A stretch of DNA of 32,209 nucleotides from positions 1-32,209 of IMG/VR virus record IMGVR_UViG_3300017705_000119. One strand, written 5' to 3'. Position numbers and translations under genes: made by a program. This document shows positions 7,601 through 16,785 of this stretch, piece after piece (positions within the stretch are counted from its first letter, which is position 1; the number at the start of each line of letters is the position of its first letter). This DNA is from a virus (Duplodnaviria > Caudoviricetes). Under the pieces are notes generated by a model that saw nothing but the letters and a program-made list of their open reading frames with translations, was not told the DNA's origin and did no database searches.

Positions 7601-10600
7601 TCTGGAAGACACCACGTAGACCTTGAGGTGCGCCTTCAGGAAGTGCCCCTTCTCTTACATATAGTTCAAACCCACGTGCGAACTTCTCTTCAGCGTTTAC
7701 GTCCCAGCGTCCATCAGTAGCGCCTACCCATTCATCTAGTATCGTACGTTCGGCTGCAGTGAAACCACCGTCAGCTTCCGGCATACTATAGTAACGTCGG
7801 CGAACAACGTGTCCCATCTCATGAACAGCAGTTGAGACATCAGGATTGTTTAGCCCACGAACGTAAGCCTTACCATCTTCACCAAACTCAGTAACACCTT
7901 TAGCGGTGTCATAAGGATTAACTACCTTACCTTCGTCTTGGAAAAGGAAGTCACTCTTCTTGCCATACTTAGGCTTCTTAGCGAGGACTAAAGGTCCAAC
8001 TTGGATTACACGCTCGGCACCAATGATAGGCTCTTGTGTGGTCCTATCGTAGAAGTATGAGTGACGCTCTGGGTCAAACCCAACTTGTACATACTCTGGG
8101 TCATTAAGTGCAGCCTTGGCTTCTGCCATAGTTGCTTTCTTTGTTCCATTCTCAAACGCTCCATCAATGGTAGCGAATGGAGACTTAGCTCCACCTTTGG
8201 CTACCCGGAGAGATTGTGTTTCTTTAGCACCAAACGTGGCGTCAGTAACAACAGCGACAGCTCGGTGTGAGATTGGTTTACCATCAGCACCATGAATCGT
8301 TGGGACCCATGTGCCATGATTTGAATACGCTGGGATGTCTAAACGTAGCCCAACTTGTTGTCCATCTTTGATGGGTGCATTTACTTTATCAACCTGACCT
8401 TTCTTCAGAGCAGACTTCATTTGAGGAGCAGTAGCAGCCGGAGGTATAAACTTATACGGGGCCACTGGCTTCAACTCATTGACTAGAGTCTGGTACTCAC
8501 TTGCTGTTACTCCACCTTTCTCGCCAATAGTGGCTGCGGCATCTTGCAGTGCAGCTGAACGGCCCTGCTGAACGCCAGTGTCTTGGAATAACGAGGTAGG
8601 ACGCAATGTTGCCGCACGACTGCCCATGTGTGGGGACTTCGTGTCGAACATGAAGGTGTTATCTACAGAAGTGCGCGCGAGCTTGACGGCATACGCTTCA
8701 GCCACGAATCGTGCGGTGAAGGTGCCTACGAACTTATCCTCCGTTCCGCTTGGACCACGGTCCCTTAAAATCCATGTGCCTTCATCGGCACCCTCGAAAA
8801 CATCGAACCTATCCGTTGATGGAGGGGCAGCTTCACCCACACCATTCTTCTTAGCAAACTTCCTAGCAAGCTTAGGAATCTGGCGGCCGTATATAACATG
8901 AGCTGGGTCTTGGTCAGTACCTCTTACAGCTTCGTCATCAGCAACCTTGCGCGCCCCTAAGCCGGTAACTTCTCTAGCTGATTCTACATCAGCAAAGCGG
9001 ATACCATCGTAGCCTTCTTCAGCAGCAAGTTTGAACATACGCTCAACACCACTGTTTAACCACGTCTTAATGAAGGGGTGGGCTGGGGTTGGCTCGGCAG
9101 TTATCTTCTTCTGAATAGTAAGTAGCTTATCCCTCTCTGCTGCAGCGGCGCGAATCTCTTTCTCCTTCTTAGCAATAGAGTCTTTTAGTCTGACTATAAA
9201 CTTTTTTATTTGCCACTTATTCATAATGGCCTTCCCATCCTCGCGTGGCTTAAGCTCCTTCTTTCTCGAAACCAAAGAGTCTCTTAGGTCCATAATCTCG
9301 CTGGATAACTTTTCAACTTTTTTCTTTGCTCTCTTAAGGTTGCCACTAAGCTCTCTTGCCTCCTCTACAGAAACTCTAGGCTCACCTTCCCAACGACCTG
9401 TCTGACCTTGACGAGTCCAATCACTTTGCATCTCAAAGACATAAAGTATTTTCTTATCGCCTTCTATTTTGTCACCAAAGCGAACATGGAACATGGTGTT
9501 ATCACCAAAGCTATGTACTCGCTCAGATGGCATCTTTGGCTTGTCTGGGGTAGGCACGCCTTCGGGTGTCCAAGGTATCTCCGATGGTTCTGTTGAGCCC
9601 TCACCCTTCCAACGAACAGATAGCTCGCGGTAATTCTCTATACCATCAGGGACGTACTCATCATACTTTGTAGCTAACTTTCCTTTCCCTAATGTATCAT
9701 CTATCAACCAGTCCCTCATCTCTTCGATACCATCAAAATTGGCAGTCTCTGCACCCTTCTCCTGAATCAAATCCTCAATTTCAGCGTCTGAGTAACTGTT
9801 AACTTCTTTGACCAAGGCATCCGCTTCAGCGTCAGAAAAAGATTCACCGGCATTATCCTTAGAGAATATCTGTTCCTCTACCTCGACTGGCTTAAAGTGC
9901 GCCTTAGCGTCACCCACGGTTGCATTAGGGTTAGACTCAAGTAACTCATTAAGCCCAGTAAATTCCCACTCATCATTCTTACCACCGATAGACTTCTTGA
10001 CGTTAGCAAGTGAGTCATTATCGTTGAACTTCAGTAGACCGTCGTAGGTCGTATGGAAGAACTTGGTTGTATCTACTTGGAACAAACGTGCACCATCAGC
10101 GGCTTGACCAACAATCATGTGTTCAGGTCCAAGCCCAAAGTGGGCAGCGTGTGCAGCAAGAGCCGTGGCTGCCTGGCGGTCAACACCAAAGGATTCCATC
10201 CAAGGACGAATCTCCTCTTCTGTGTATACCTTAGCGGCTTCTTCGTTGGCTTTGTTTACATCACCAGTTTCTTCATACTTCTTACGACTAGCTTTCAGAG
10301 CACGTAGAGGTATCAATAGACTGTCTACAGCGAGACCAATGCCTAAACCTTCGATGGCGTTCTTAAGGCGCCCAGTTAGCTCGCTGTCTTCCTCATCAGA
10401 AGCAAGGAACTCGGAGATAGGGTTAGCAAGTGAAGGTGAAGACTGAATGAGGTCCGATAGTCGGCCCTCGTTTCCTTTGAAGAACATAAGGTCTGTAGCT
10501 GCACCTTGTAGGCCAGCGGTAACCAGTTCATTACGGATAGTCCCACCCTTTAGGAAAGCACGAGGTGTGCCACCCATTAAACCTTTGCCAGCCTTTGTGG

Positions 10601-10943
10601 CTTTAAGTGCACCAGCGGCCTTAGCGCCCCAAGCAGCACCACCGACTCCGGGAACAGCAAAGCCAGCAGCAAAGTTGACGATGCCATCAACAACCCCACC
10701 AGCCATGGTCTTAGATTCACCTAAGCCAAAGTTGTCCGGGATGTCATAGTCAAGGCCAAAGATAGTTGGTAACTCAAGGACGCCCTCAACGGCGCCAGCG
10801 ACGCCTCTAGGTACACCCATGGCTATATCGCCAACGGTTCCCCAGAAACCTAATTCTTCTTCATTGAAGTCGTTCTTAAGGGCGGCGTCAGGGTCTCCAG
10901 CAAGAGGGTTATTCTGGAGGTATTCGTATTCGTTAGATGTCAT
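4614..10943 (-). CDS. Internal virion (ejection) protein D, gp16-like large polyvalent protein with HExxH metallopeptidase module
   Basis: Position before the tail fibre; Gly/Ala-rich hydrophobic N-terminus with GRLKNAIEGLGIG; HEMGH...EEKFARGFE zincin; C-terminal IIPFVNTPTN and QPYSIK...SYKRLDPW motifs typical of aquatic T7-like gp16 (LPD38-like). Confidence 0.85.
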   Translation of the reverse strand: MTSNEYEYLQNNPLAGDPDAALKNDFNEEELGFWGTVGDIAMGVPRGVAGAVEGVLELPTIFGLDYDIPDNFGLGESKTMAGGVVDGIVNFAAGFAVPGVGGAAWGAKAAGALKATKAGKGLMGGTPRAFLKGGTIRNELVTAGLQGAATDLMFFKGNEGRLSDLIQSSPSLANPISEFLASDEEDSELTGRLKNAIEGLGIGLAVDSLLIPLRALKASRKKYEETGDVNKANEEAAKVYTEEEIRPWMESFGVDRQAATALAAHAAHFGLGPEHMIVGQAADGARLFQVDTTKFFHTTYDGLLKFNDNDSLANVKKSIGGKNDEWEFTGLNELLESNPNATVGDAKAHFKPVEVEEQIFSKDNAGESFSDAEADALVKEVNSYSDAEIEDLIQEKGAETANFDGIEEMRDWLIDDTLGKGKLATKYDEYVPDGIENYRELSVRWKGEGSTEPSEIPWTPEGVPTPDKPKMPSERVHSFGDNTMFHVRFGDKIEGDKKILYVFEMQSDWTRQGQTGRWEGEPRVSVEEARELSGNLKRAKKKVEKLSSEIMDLRDSLVSRKKELKPREDGKAIMNKWQIKKFIVRLKDSIAKKEKEIRAAAAERDKLLTIQKKITAEPTPAHPFIKTWLNSGVERMFKLAAEEGYDGIRFADVESAREVTGLGARKVADDEAVRGTDQDPAHVIYGRQIPKLARKFAKKNGVGEAAPPSTDRFDVFEGADEGTWILRDRGPSGTEDKFVGTFTARFVAEAYAVKLARTSVDNTFMFDTKSPHMGSRAATLRPTSLFQDTGVQQGRSAALQDAAATIGEKGGVTASEYQTLVNELKPVAPYKFIPPAATAPQMKSALKKGQVDKVNAPIKDGQQVGLRLDIPAYSNHGTWVPTIHGADGKPISHRAVAVVTDATFGAKETQSLRVAKGGAKSPFATIDGAFENGTKKATMAEAKAALNDPEYVQVGFDPERHSYFYDRTTQEPIIGAERVIQVGPLVLAKKPKYGKKSDFLFQDEGKVVNPYDTAKGVTEFGEDGKAYVRGLNNPDVSTAVHEMGHVVRRRYYSMPEADGGFTAAERTILDEWVGATDGRWDVNAEEKFARGFELYVREGALPEGAPQGLRGVFQTLATAMLDIYRRVAGSAVDVKIDPKVKQVFDDLFERGGKMAEPGGQPAKLFQEPDNTGAARKAKAEKAAQRAPEYDGNVVNEDGSVVYLDSTASDIGEVYSIPSDLEGRPDLVSSDDTARDLFIKARDLRRNNERFKAMSYEEKLIAAEQRAHTIYETSNVEGTEALAEIATSGQRVFEDSLTHIYAMQDVEAALLRQHKRNIIAIRDLKKEGKEPSPQMIAQAMVVEKQLGAASDSVITNMESLARAFASRRRKGKGSAITTTELEGKYVDGVETEEFTKLVDAIENGKVDGEKWYEQTVLAIEKGDVNAMRVSNSRYKMGWGHVLMEAYYSSLLSGVKTQTVNAMGSWMNTVIMPIEKMIGRALVTDANAKQQLAMLANLPRQAMESLGMIPVVLREGSSQLDPGGRSSLTDATGMHRGRTNVAEVAGLDNTAAGTVMNWLHGVGTFPLRALGAVDEFAKQTNYRAHVLADLTQKAKDVHPSDGVAQQKWVQKKFDLMTEDGKMYSARTMWNKAERMAREQVGEAGDDAKYLIREKATELFNDMWDNDLGNIAKEGLRLAREATFTSANNPNLGANPASRVIQGAGAALQRGLAKHPVGRLIIPFVNTPTNLATWFVDRQLSPMFDVWPLVKSKLKPEYHQAIYGGDPNLKADAVGRLVTGSMMTVTALTAITAGKLTGGGPKDSQQRQIWLSAGNQPYSIKTADGWISYKRLDPWASFLGVTADLVEGMAHQAENEDDAPLMDIFMASTMAFSRNLREKTYLQGITQAVQALTNPEVHGARWARSFTSAGMPTLIKDMNSDPYYREIRSAADQWLSRTPGMSDKLMPRRDLLGEPIEKPGYWAPGGLEFMSPFAYSQVSSDVVKKELASREHGFSPPQANKNGVDLREVVSKSGQTSYDRWQELHSTVKLNGRTLREALEHLIESPRYQRMVETPDYDPKVGELRKILSKYRSRAYREVEKEFPQLLESRIQTKRRQAAARYGRNIQDILNY

Positions 10944-10945
10944 AT

Positions 10946-13420
10946 TTAGTTTTCGTTAGAAGGTAAATCTCGCATGAATAGTTCTTGCTCTAATAGCCGT
11001 GCTTGAAGGTCACGGATTATAGCTTCGGGAGTTTCCTTCGCTATTTCAGCAGCGTTGCGTAAGTTTTGTTGCACCTTTTGGTCAAGAGCATTGAATATTT
11101 CAGTTAGCTGTTCATCAGTTGCGTTAATAGCTTCATCATAAGAATCAAATACAGGGTTAAACCTTGGGTGAATGTATTGATTATTAGCCATTGGTATGGT
11201 TTCACCATCAATAATAAACTCACGATTCTTAATTTCATCTAATGTAACACCACGTCTTACAAACTTCCCATCCTCGATTTGCCCACCATACTTCCTAAAG
11301 GCTTTTCCAGCTCTTTGAGCCTGAAGGCTCTGTAGTTGGGAGCTGTTTTCACGGTCACGATTATGAAAATGTGAACCAGAAGCTTCTAAATCCTTGAGGT
11401 ATCTATCTCGGTCTTCGATGTAGTCCTCTGTTGCATTCTTATAAGCGTCACTGTTAATATTTTCGGGGTCCACATTAAAAGCCTCTGTAGCTTTTCTGAT
11501 TATTTCTGTCCGTTGACTAAAGTCCGTTTCGCCCCAGTCAGGCTTGGTTGCATATCTATCCATAGGCGATTGTGAATAAATACTGCGTCCCACCATTTGA
11601 ATTTCTTTAGCTCCCTCATCAGTCTCACGTATGAAATCTTCATTACGTTCCACTTCAGCCTTTTGAGCAAGAGTGGCTTCACCACTGCGTACAGCATCTA
11701 TTGATGTTTGCATAGAGTCTGTTTTAGCAACCGGTTGAGACGCTCGTTCAGCCTCGAATCGTGCGGTTAGACGTGCGTCAACTAAACCTGCAATCGCGGC
11801 AAAATCTCCAATCATTGGTACACCACCTTCAGAAATAGCAGACCAATCCCTTACGACTTCTAATGTTATTTGGTTAACATCAGACAGAAATTTTGTTCTA
11901 CGCATTACCGCTGCAGTGTATCGGCTATCATTCATGCCAAAATCGGCGTCGGCGATAACTATCTGTGAATCTAGTTGAGCAAGGTATGCACCAGCAACTG
12001 TTTCTCCTAGAATACGTTTACCGGAATCTCTGTAGAAATCCTTCGCTATCTTTTCGGTGTTCAAATACAAACCTGATTGGTTGATTAACTCTGATATATG
12101 CTCGGGAGTTAAACCCTCGATTCCACTTATGAGTGTGTTGATTTCTGCTTGACTGGCACCATTAGCAATTCGATTTCTAATTTCAGTAAGGTAACGAGCT
12201 GATATTTCATTTGAGGCTTTAACATCTCTCTCAGACCTTGAGTAAGCAGCATTATCGCTTTCGTTCATTTTTGTTTGTAAGTCATGGAAAGTTCTATACT
12301 TTATTTGCTCAACAATCTCCGGTGGGTAACCCTGCAGCTCTTGCTCAAGATAAGCTATAAACTCATCTCTATTGGCTTCAGTAATAGGTGCACCATTCTC
12401 TCCACCAGAATGTAAGTATGTAAACACTGCATCACCAGCGGCTTTCAGTACTTCTGAGCGATTGACTGTACTACGAGTATCCTGAACTTTCTCAGCCTGT
12501 ATTAGTTGTTGTTCTAAGTTCTGTATGAGCTCTTCCTTTCTAGCTTTTCCTAGCCCATTTAACTTGAAGGAATCAGATTGAACCGCTGTCAGTAACTCTT
12601 GAACATCATCAACGTCACCCATGTTTGCATTATTCTTTGCAAACTCAGTAATAGCGGCCACCTGGATGTCACCCATCTGGTCAGGCTGTAACTGTATAGC
12701 TTCAGAGTCAGACTCATAGAAAGCTCCAGAGTGAGCGTTAAGTGCGGCCACAAGGTCACCTTCGCCACCACCCTCAGACCACTCTAGGAGAGCATCTTGT
12801 TGGTCCTCAGTCCACGCTTCGACATTCTCATTGAACATCTTCTTCGTGTGGGCTTTGGATACCTCACCTTCCCATGTAGCATTAATCTTTCCTACAGCAT
12901 CACCTTGAATCGAACGGAACCACATGTTTTCCGTGGTGGAACTTGGGTAAGCCCCAACTACGGTGTTATAAGCTTGCTCCTGTATAGCAGCGAGGTCGGT
13001 ATCAGGATTGTTTCCAGCCGCAATTAGTTGACGGTCAAGCTCAAGCTGGTACGCTCTACTGAATTGAACAGCTTGTTGGCGAGCGTGGAACTTATAGAAC
13101 TCTACGTCACGACCCGAGAGGTCTCCGGTTTCATTATACTTAGCTAAATCAGCGTTGACTTTATCTTTGTATGGTTGCTCTTGCTTACTGAACTCTAATG
13201 CAGCAGCTTGTGCTTCCACATCGCGGTCTTCTTGACCAGCTTCGTGCATCATCTTTAGACCTTTAGATAGGTCTTTAAGTCCTTCACCTAGTTTATAGAA
13301 AGGGTCATCCTCAACTCGCAACTCACGAGCTTTATATGCTTGGACAAAGTTGTCCGAGATACGTACTTTTTGCTCATCAAACTGTTGAGCTTCTTCGTTA
13401 TAAGATATGCGTTTAGCCAT
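10946..13420 (-). CDS. Internal virion protein C (gp15-like)
   Basis: 824-aa acidic, helical-looking protein between gp14- and gp16-like genes; call rests on synteny and size. Confidence 0.7.
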   Translation of the reverse strand: MAKRISYNEEAQQFDEQKVRISDNFVQAYKARELRVEDDPFYKLGEGLKDLSKGLKMMHEAGQEDRDVEAQAAALEFSKQEQPYKDKVNADLAKYNETGDLSGRDVEFYKFHARQQAVQFSRAYQLELDRQLIAAGNNPDTDLAAIQEQAYNTVVGAYPSSTTENMWFRSIQGDAVGKINATWEGEVSKAHTKKMFNENVEAWTEDQQDALLEWSEGGGEGDLVAALNAHSGAFYESDSEAIQLQPDQMGDIQVAAITEFAKNNANMGDVDDVQELLTAVQSDSFKLNGLGKARKEELIQNLEQQLIQAEKVQDTRSTVNRSEVLKAAGDAVFTYLHSGGENGAPITEANRDEFIAYLEQELQGYPPEIVEQIKYRTFHDLQTKMNESDNAAYSRSERDVKASNEISARYLTEIRNRIANGASQAEINTLISGIEGLTPEHISELINQSGLYLNTEKIAKDFYRDSGKRILGETVAGAYLAQLDSQIVIADADFGMNDSRYTAAVMRRTKFLSDVNQITLEVVRDWSAISEGGVPMIGDFAAIAGLVDARLTARFEAERASQPVAKTDSMQTSIDAVRSGEATLAQKAEVERNEDFIRETDEGAKEIQMVGRSIYSQSPMDRYATKPDWGETDFSQRTEIIRKATEAFNVDPENINSDAYKNATEDYIEDRDRYLKDLEASGSHFHNRDRENSSQLQSLQAQRAGKAFRKYGGQIEDGKFVRRGVTLDEIKNREFIIDGETIPMANNQYIHPRFNPVFDSYDEAINATDEQLTEIFNALDQKVQQNLRNAAEIAKETPEAIIRDLQARLLEQELFMRDLPSNEN

Positions 13421-13429
13421 GATTATTTA

Positions 13430-13921
13430 TTAGTCGCTCATAAGCATGCCACCGATGCTCAACATTTCACCTAGACCAAAACCGCCAGGCTTGGCGCCAA
13501 CTTGTGACCACCCTTGGTTTATTCTGGATTCCATAGTGGCGTGAGACTGGATAGCCATTGAGTTAACATTACGACGAGACATTAAAGCTGCCCGTCTAGC
13601 GTTAACCTCTGTCTTCAGTGCAGCCCGGATGTTATCCATCTTCGAGGCAACAACATTACTCTCACCAGCAGAGACGCCTTCTATGGATGCTCTCTTATGG
13701 AGCTTGGACGCTATACCTTCAGCGTTGTTTGCAATCATGCCAGCCTCCTGTAGACCTCTTGCGGTCAAATCCTTTAGGGTGTTATAGTAAGCCTTCTTTG
13801 CGTTGCGCTCGTTAATCTCTGCGTATTGCTTTCTGCTTGACCAGTTAGCTCTATTTGTATTTGCCTTACCCATCCCACTTATCATGGCACCCCCAGCACT
13901 CATTAATCCTGCATCACACAT
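13430..13921 (-). CDS. Internal virion protein B (gp14-like)
   Basis: Met-Cys start, Gly/Ala/Met-rich termini, central helical region, synteny. Confidence 0.75.
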   Translation of the reverse strand: MCDAGLMSAGGAMISGMGKANTNRANWSSRKQYAEINERNAKKAYYNTLKDLTARGLQEAGMIANNAEGIASKLHKRASIEGVSAGESNVVASKMDNIRAALKTEVNARRAALMSRRNVNSMAIQSHATMESRINQGWSQVGAKPGGFGLGEMLSIGGMLMSD

Positions 13922-14371
13922 TTAATTATCCTCCGGAGAGAAGCTCACGAAAACAAAATCTGAGTCGGGTTGAGCTTCCCCGATGTCAAACCCCATCCAA
14001 CGTAGCCACTTAAGGTGCAGCTCGTTGTCTTTATGGGCAAAATTAAAGATGAAATTGTAATCCTCAGTTATACGCTCAAACCACCACCTGCAATTACGCA
14101 GGAAATACATAGAAGCTTTTTCAATATCTTCAGTACCTAACAACCAGATTCTACAAGCTCCTTCTAGGTCTGCAGGAACAACCCCAAACATAGCCGCTGG
14201 ACTGCCATCAACATGGAAAGTCATAGGCTGTTCACTGGCGTAGAATCCATCGACCAATGCTTCAACAAACTTAGGGCCACCACGTGAAGCTTCAATCTCC
14301 ACACTATCAGCATAGCGTAGGTTTTGAGCAATGTAGACGGCATCCTCTAAGACAGAAGCTAGAACTCTCAT
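13922..14371 (-). CDS. Internal virion protein A (gp13-like, GNAT acetyltransferase fold)
   Basis: NLR.AD..E, AMFGV, IWLLGT, N...K.N..H.KWL.WMGF motifs; directly after tail tube B. Confidence 0.85.
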   Translation of the reverse strand: MRVLASVLEDAVYIAQNLRYADSVEIEASRGGPKFVEALVDGFYASEQPMTFHVDGSPAAMFGVVPADLEGACRIWLLGTEDIEKASMYFLRNCRWWFERITEDYNFIFNFAHKDNELHLKWLRWMGFDIGEAQPDSDFVFVSFSPEDN

Positions 14372-16785
14372 TATACTCGTTGCGACCTCGCTGAGTAGGA
14401 ACCCTCGAAGTAGGCGGTGGATATTGTGCTAGGCAATGGAGAGTCGTTAATGATTTTAATACTTATATCTTTAGCTCGACTTCGGATTGCATAAGAGAAA
14501 TCACCTGAACTAATTGGGTTGGAACCTATGAGTAAACCAGAGGCACCCAATGTTCTACCGGTGAATGGATATGAATAAGACGTGCGTTGAGATGGAGTGA
14601 CTTCAACACGGAAGTAACCAGAGTCTGAGTATTCTACAGTGCCTCTACGTAGTTGTAAGCGTCCTTCATGGATAACTTGGTTTTGTGCATCTCTGAGAGC
14701 AGGGGGAGAGAACTCATACGTCATCGTATATTTCTCACCAATCCAAACAGATGTAGAGCTATAGTTACCCTCAACGTATAGGTCAACTTGGTCAGCGACC
14801 TGGCTTGTAACATTAAGTATGCTTCCCCCGGTCACCGAGCTAGTGCCCCGAGTGACTACTTCCATACTGACGCCATCACTAATCTTATATGGTAATACAA
14901 ACTTAGTTCTGTCTGTTGCCGCGTCATAAGTAACAGTAGTATCTGTGTCCTTAATGCGACGGTCTATATGAGTTAAGTAAGTGGAGTCAGTGTCTATTTG
15001 TTTGGCTTGAAAACTTATCTTCTCAAGATACCAAGCGTCAGACCGACGGTTAACCATATACAGTGCGTTGTTAGCAAACATCATCCCCCTGATGTTAGAA
15101 CTATCAAAGGTAAACTTAGACCAACTTGATTGGACTTCCTGACCACCACTGGCAAAATACTTATATATGTATAATGAGCTGGCATCGTCAGACGATAAGC
15201 CACACATTAGGTTTTCGGTGTCGAACGTGGATAGCTTTCGGAGGTCTCCAGGGATATATCGAGGTATGTGAAGTGTAATCTCGGTATCAATATATTGGCC
15301 CTCAACATTAGTTGAAGGTGTTAGTTGATACACGCCACTATACTCACCTCGCTCAAACCCAAAGAAGATACGATTCGAGGAGATGACTGGACTTGCTGTA
15401 TTTGTAGAACGGTAACTTGAAAGCAGTGTAGCCTGAACACTATCGTTAGAAAGTATTGGTGTGCCAGTTACTTTAAACTGGTCATTATCACCAAAGACGA
15501 TTAAGTCATCTTGGAAGGACACAGCACTATGTAAGTTGACAGCGTTGGAGTGGTTAATAACCAGGTTCATACAGTCAGAGGCTAATGAGTCCACTACCGA
15601 AACTGTGAAGAAGTTGAATAACTCTCCAGCTTCGGACATTGAGATGACGTCATTACTAATAAAACCGACTCGGTTCTTGTGGAAGAATATATCCCTTATC
15701 TTGCCTCCAATAAAGCCGGGGTTTTTATTAGTCGCAGCATCACCGGCAGTCCGATTGCCCCAACTTAATGTTTCGACATCTGTCCCGTCAGCTTGGCCAA
15801 AAGTATAGGTACCATCACCATCACTACTTAAAACATGCGGCATAGTGGAGGCATCTAATTTATACTTAATGTTTGGGCCTACAGTCTCAACCCAGTTACC
15901 CTCATCCATCACACCATCTGTAGTTGTTTCTTTACCAACAAACTTTACATAATAATCATCAAAGGTGGACTCAGGAGCTCCAGAGATTTGCAAGATATAC
16001 CCATGAGGGCCATAGACCGGCAGGGTGTTAAACTCTTGTACACTGTCATGTATACTTGTGATGTAATCATCACCATTGGTATGACTAACTGAGACCTCCA
16101 CTTCAGTCGCTGTGTTTGTTCTATATATGAAAATAACTGGGCCCTTTGACGTAGCTGTTATGTTTGTATATCCGTCAATAGCCGCAGCAATAGTAGTGGC
16201 GTCTGTCTCTATTTCACCAGTGTCAGTGGTTTCGTCGCTTGTCCCAGCTACGGTCCATTTATATGAACCATCACCAGCACTCCCCTTTAGGAAGATAAGG
16301 GTATGGCCACCAGATGTACCACTAACCAAATCAGCATTCTCTGCGGAAAGGTCGGCTGCCATTGCAGTGGTCTTATCAGGGTTAACAATGTAAGTAACAT
16401 CAGCTAACGTGAGAAACTTATACTCAGCGGTTGTACTTGTAGTTGCTAAATAAGACTCACCGTCAGGCTTAGTAACTGTCTTTGCTACCCCATCAAGACC
16501 ATACACAGCCAACTCACCGTCTTCGATAAGTATAGTGTGTTGCTCAGATGAGCCACGGTCAACGAAATGAACACCATCTATTGTGGTGCTTGTAGAAGGT
16601 GCGACGTAATCTTTTAGTTTGGCGATAGCTTCGGTGGGTGGACGCTTCTTTAACCCATCAACAATGGATGAATATCCATTCTCCTGGGATTCAGCAAAAC
16701 CCTCACGACGGATGGTCGTAGGTTGTTGACTAACCCCGTTGAAGATACCTCGAGTGGGAAAGGAAATTAGTGCGTCTCTTGCCAT
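14371..16785 (-). CDS. Tail tubular protein B / nozzle (gp12-like)
   Basis: GVSQQP, GLKKRPPT, WVETVGP, TMPHVL, W..RTAGD..TN..P.F.G, FFHKNRVGF, GRLQLR motifs. Confidence 0.95.
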   Translation of the reverse strand: MARDALISFPTRGIFNGVSQQPTTIRREGFAESQENGYSSIVDGLKKRPPTEAIAKLKDYVAPSTSTTIDGVHFVDRGSSEQHTILIEDGELAVYGLDGVAKTVTKPDGESYLATTSTTAEYKFLTLADVTYIVNPDKTTAMAADLSAENADLVSGTSGGHTLIFLKGSAGDGSYKWTVAGTSDETTDTGEIETDATTIAAAIDGYTNITATSKGPVIFIYRTNTATEVEVSVSHTNGDDYITSIHDSVQEFNTLPVYGPHGYILQISGAPESTFDDYYVKFVGKETTTDGVMDEGNWVETVGPNIKYKLDASTMPHVLSSDGDGTYTFGQADGTDVETLSWGNRTAGDAATNKNPGFIGGKIRDIFFHKNRVGFISNDVISMSEAGELFNFFTVSVVDSLASDCMNLVINHSNAVNLHSAVSFQDDLIVFGDNDQFKVTGTPILSNDSVQATLLSSYRSTNTASPVISSNRIFFGFERGEYSGVYQLTPSTNVEGQYIDTEITLHIPRYIPGDLRKLSTFDTENLMCGLSSDDASSLYIYKYFASGGQEVQSSWSKFTFDSSNIRGMMFANNALYMVNRRSDAWYLEKISFQAKQIDTDSTYLTHIDRRIKDTDTTVTYDAATDRTKFVLPYKISDGVSMEVVTRGTSSVTGGSILNVTSQVADQVDLYVEGNYSSTSVWIGEKYTMTYEFSPPALRDAQNQVIHEGRLQLRRGTVEYSDSGYFRVEVTPSQRTSYSYPFTGRTLGASGLLIGSNPISSGDFSYAIRSRAKDISIKIINDSPLPSTISTAYFEGSYSARSQRV

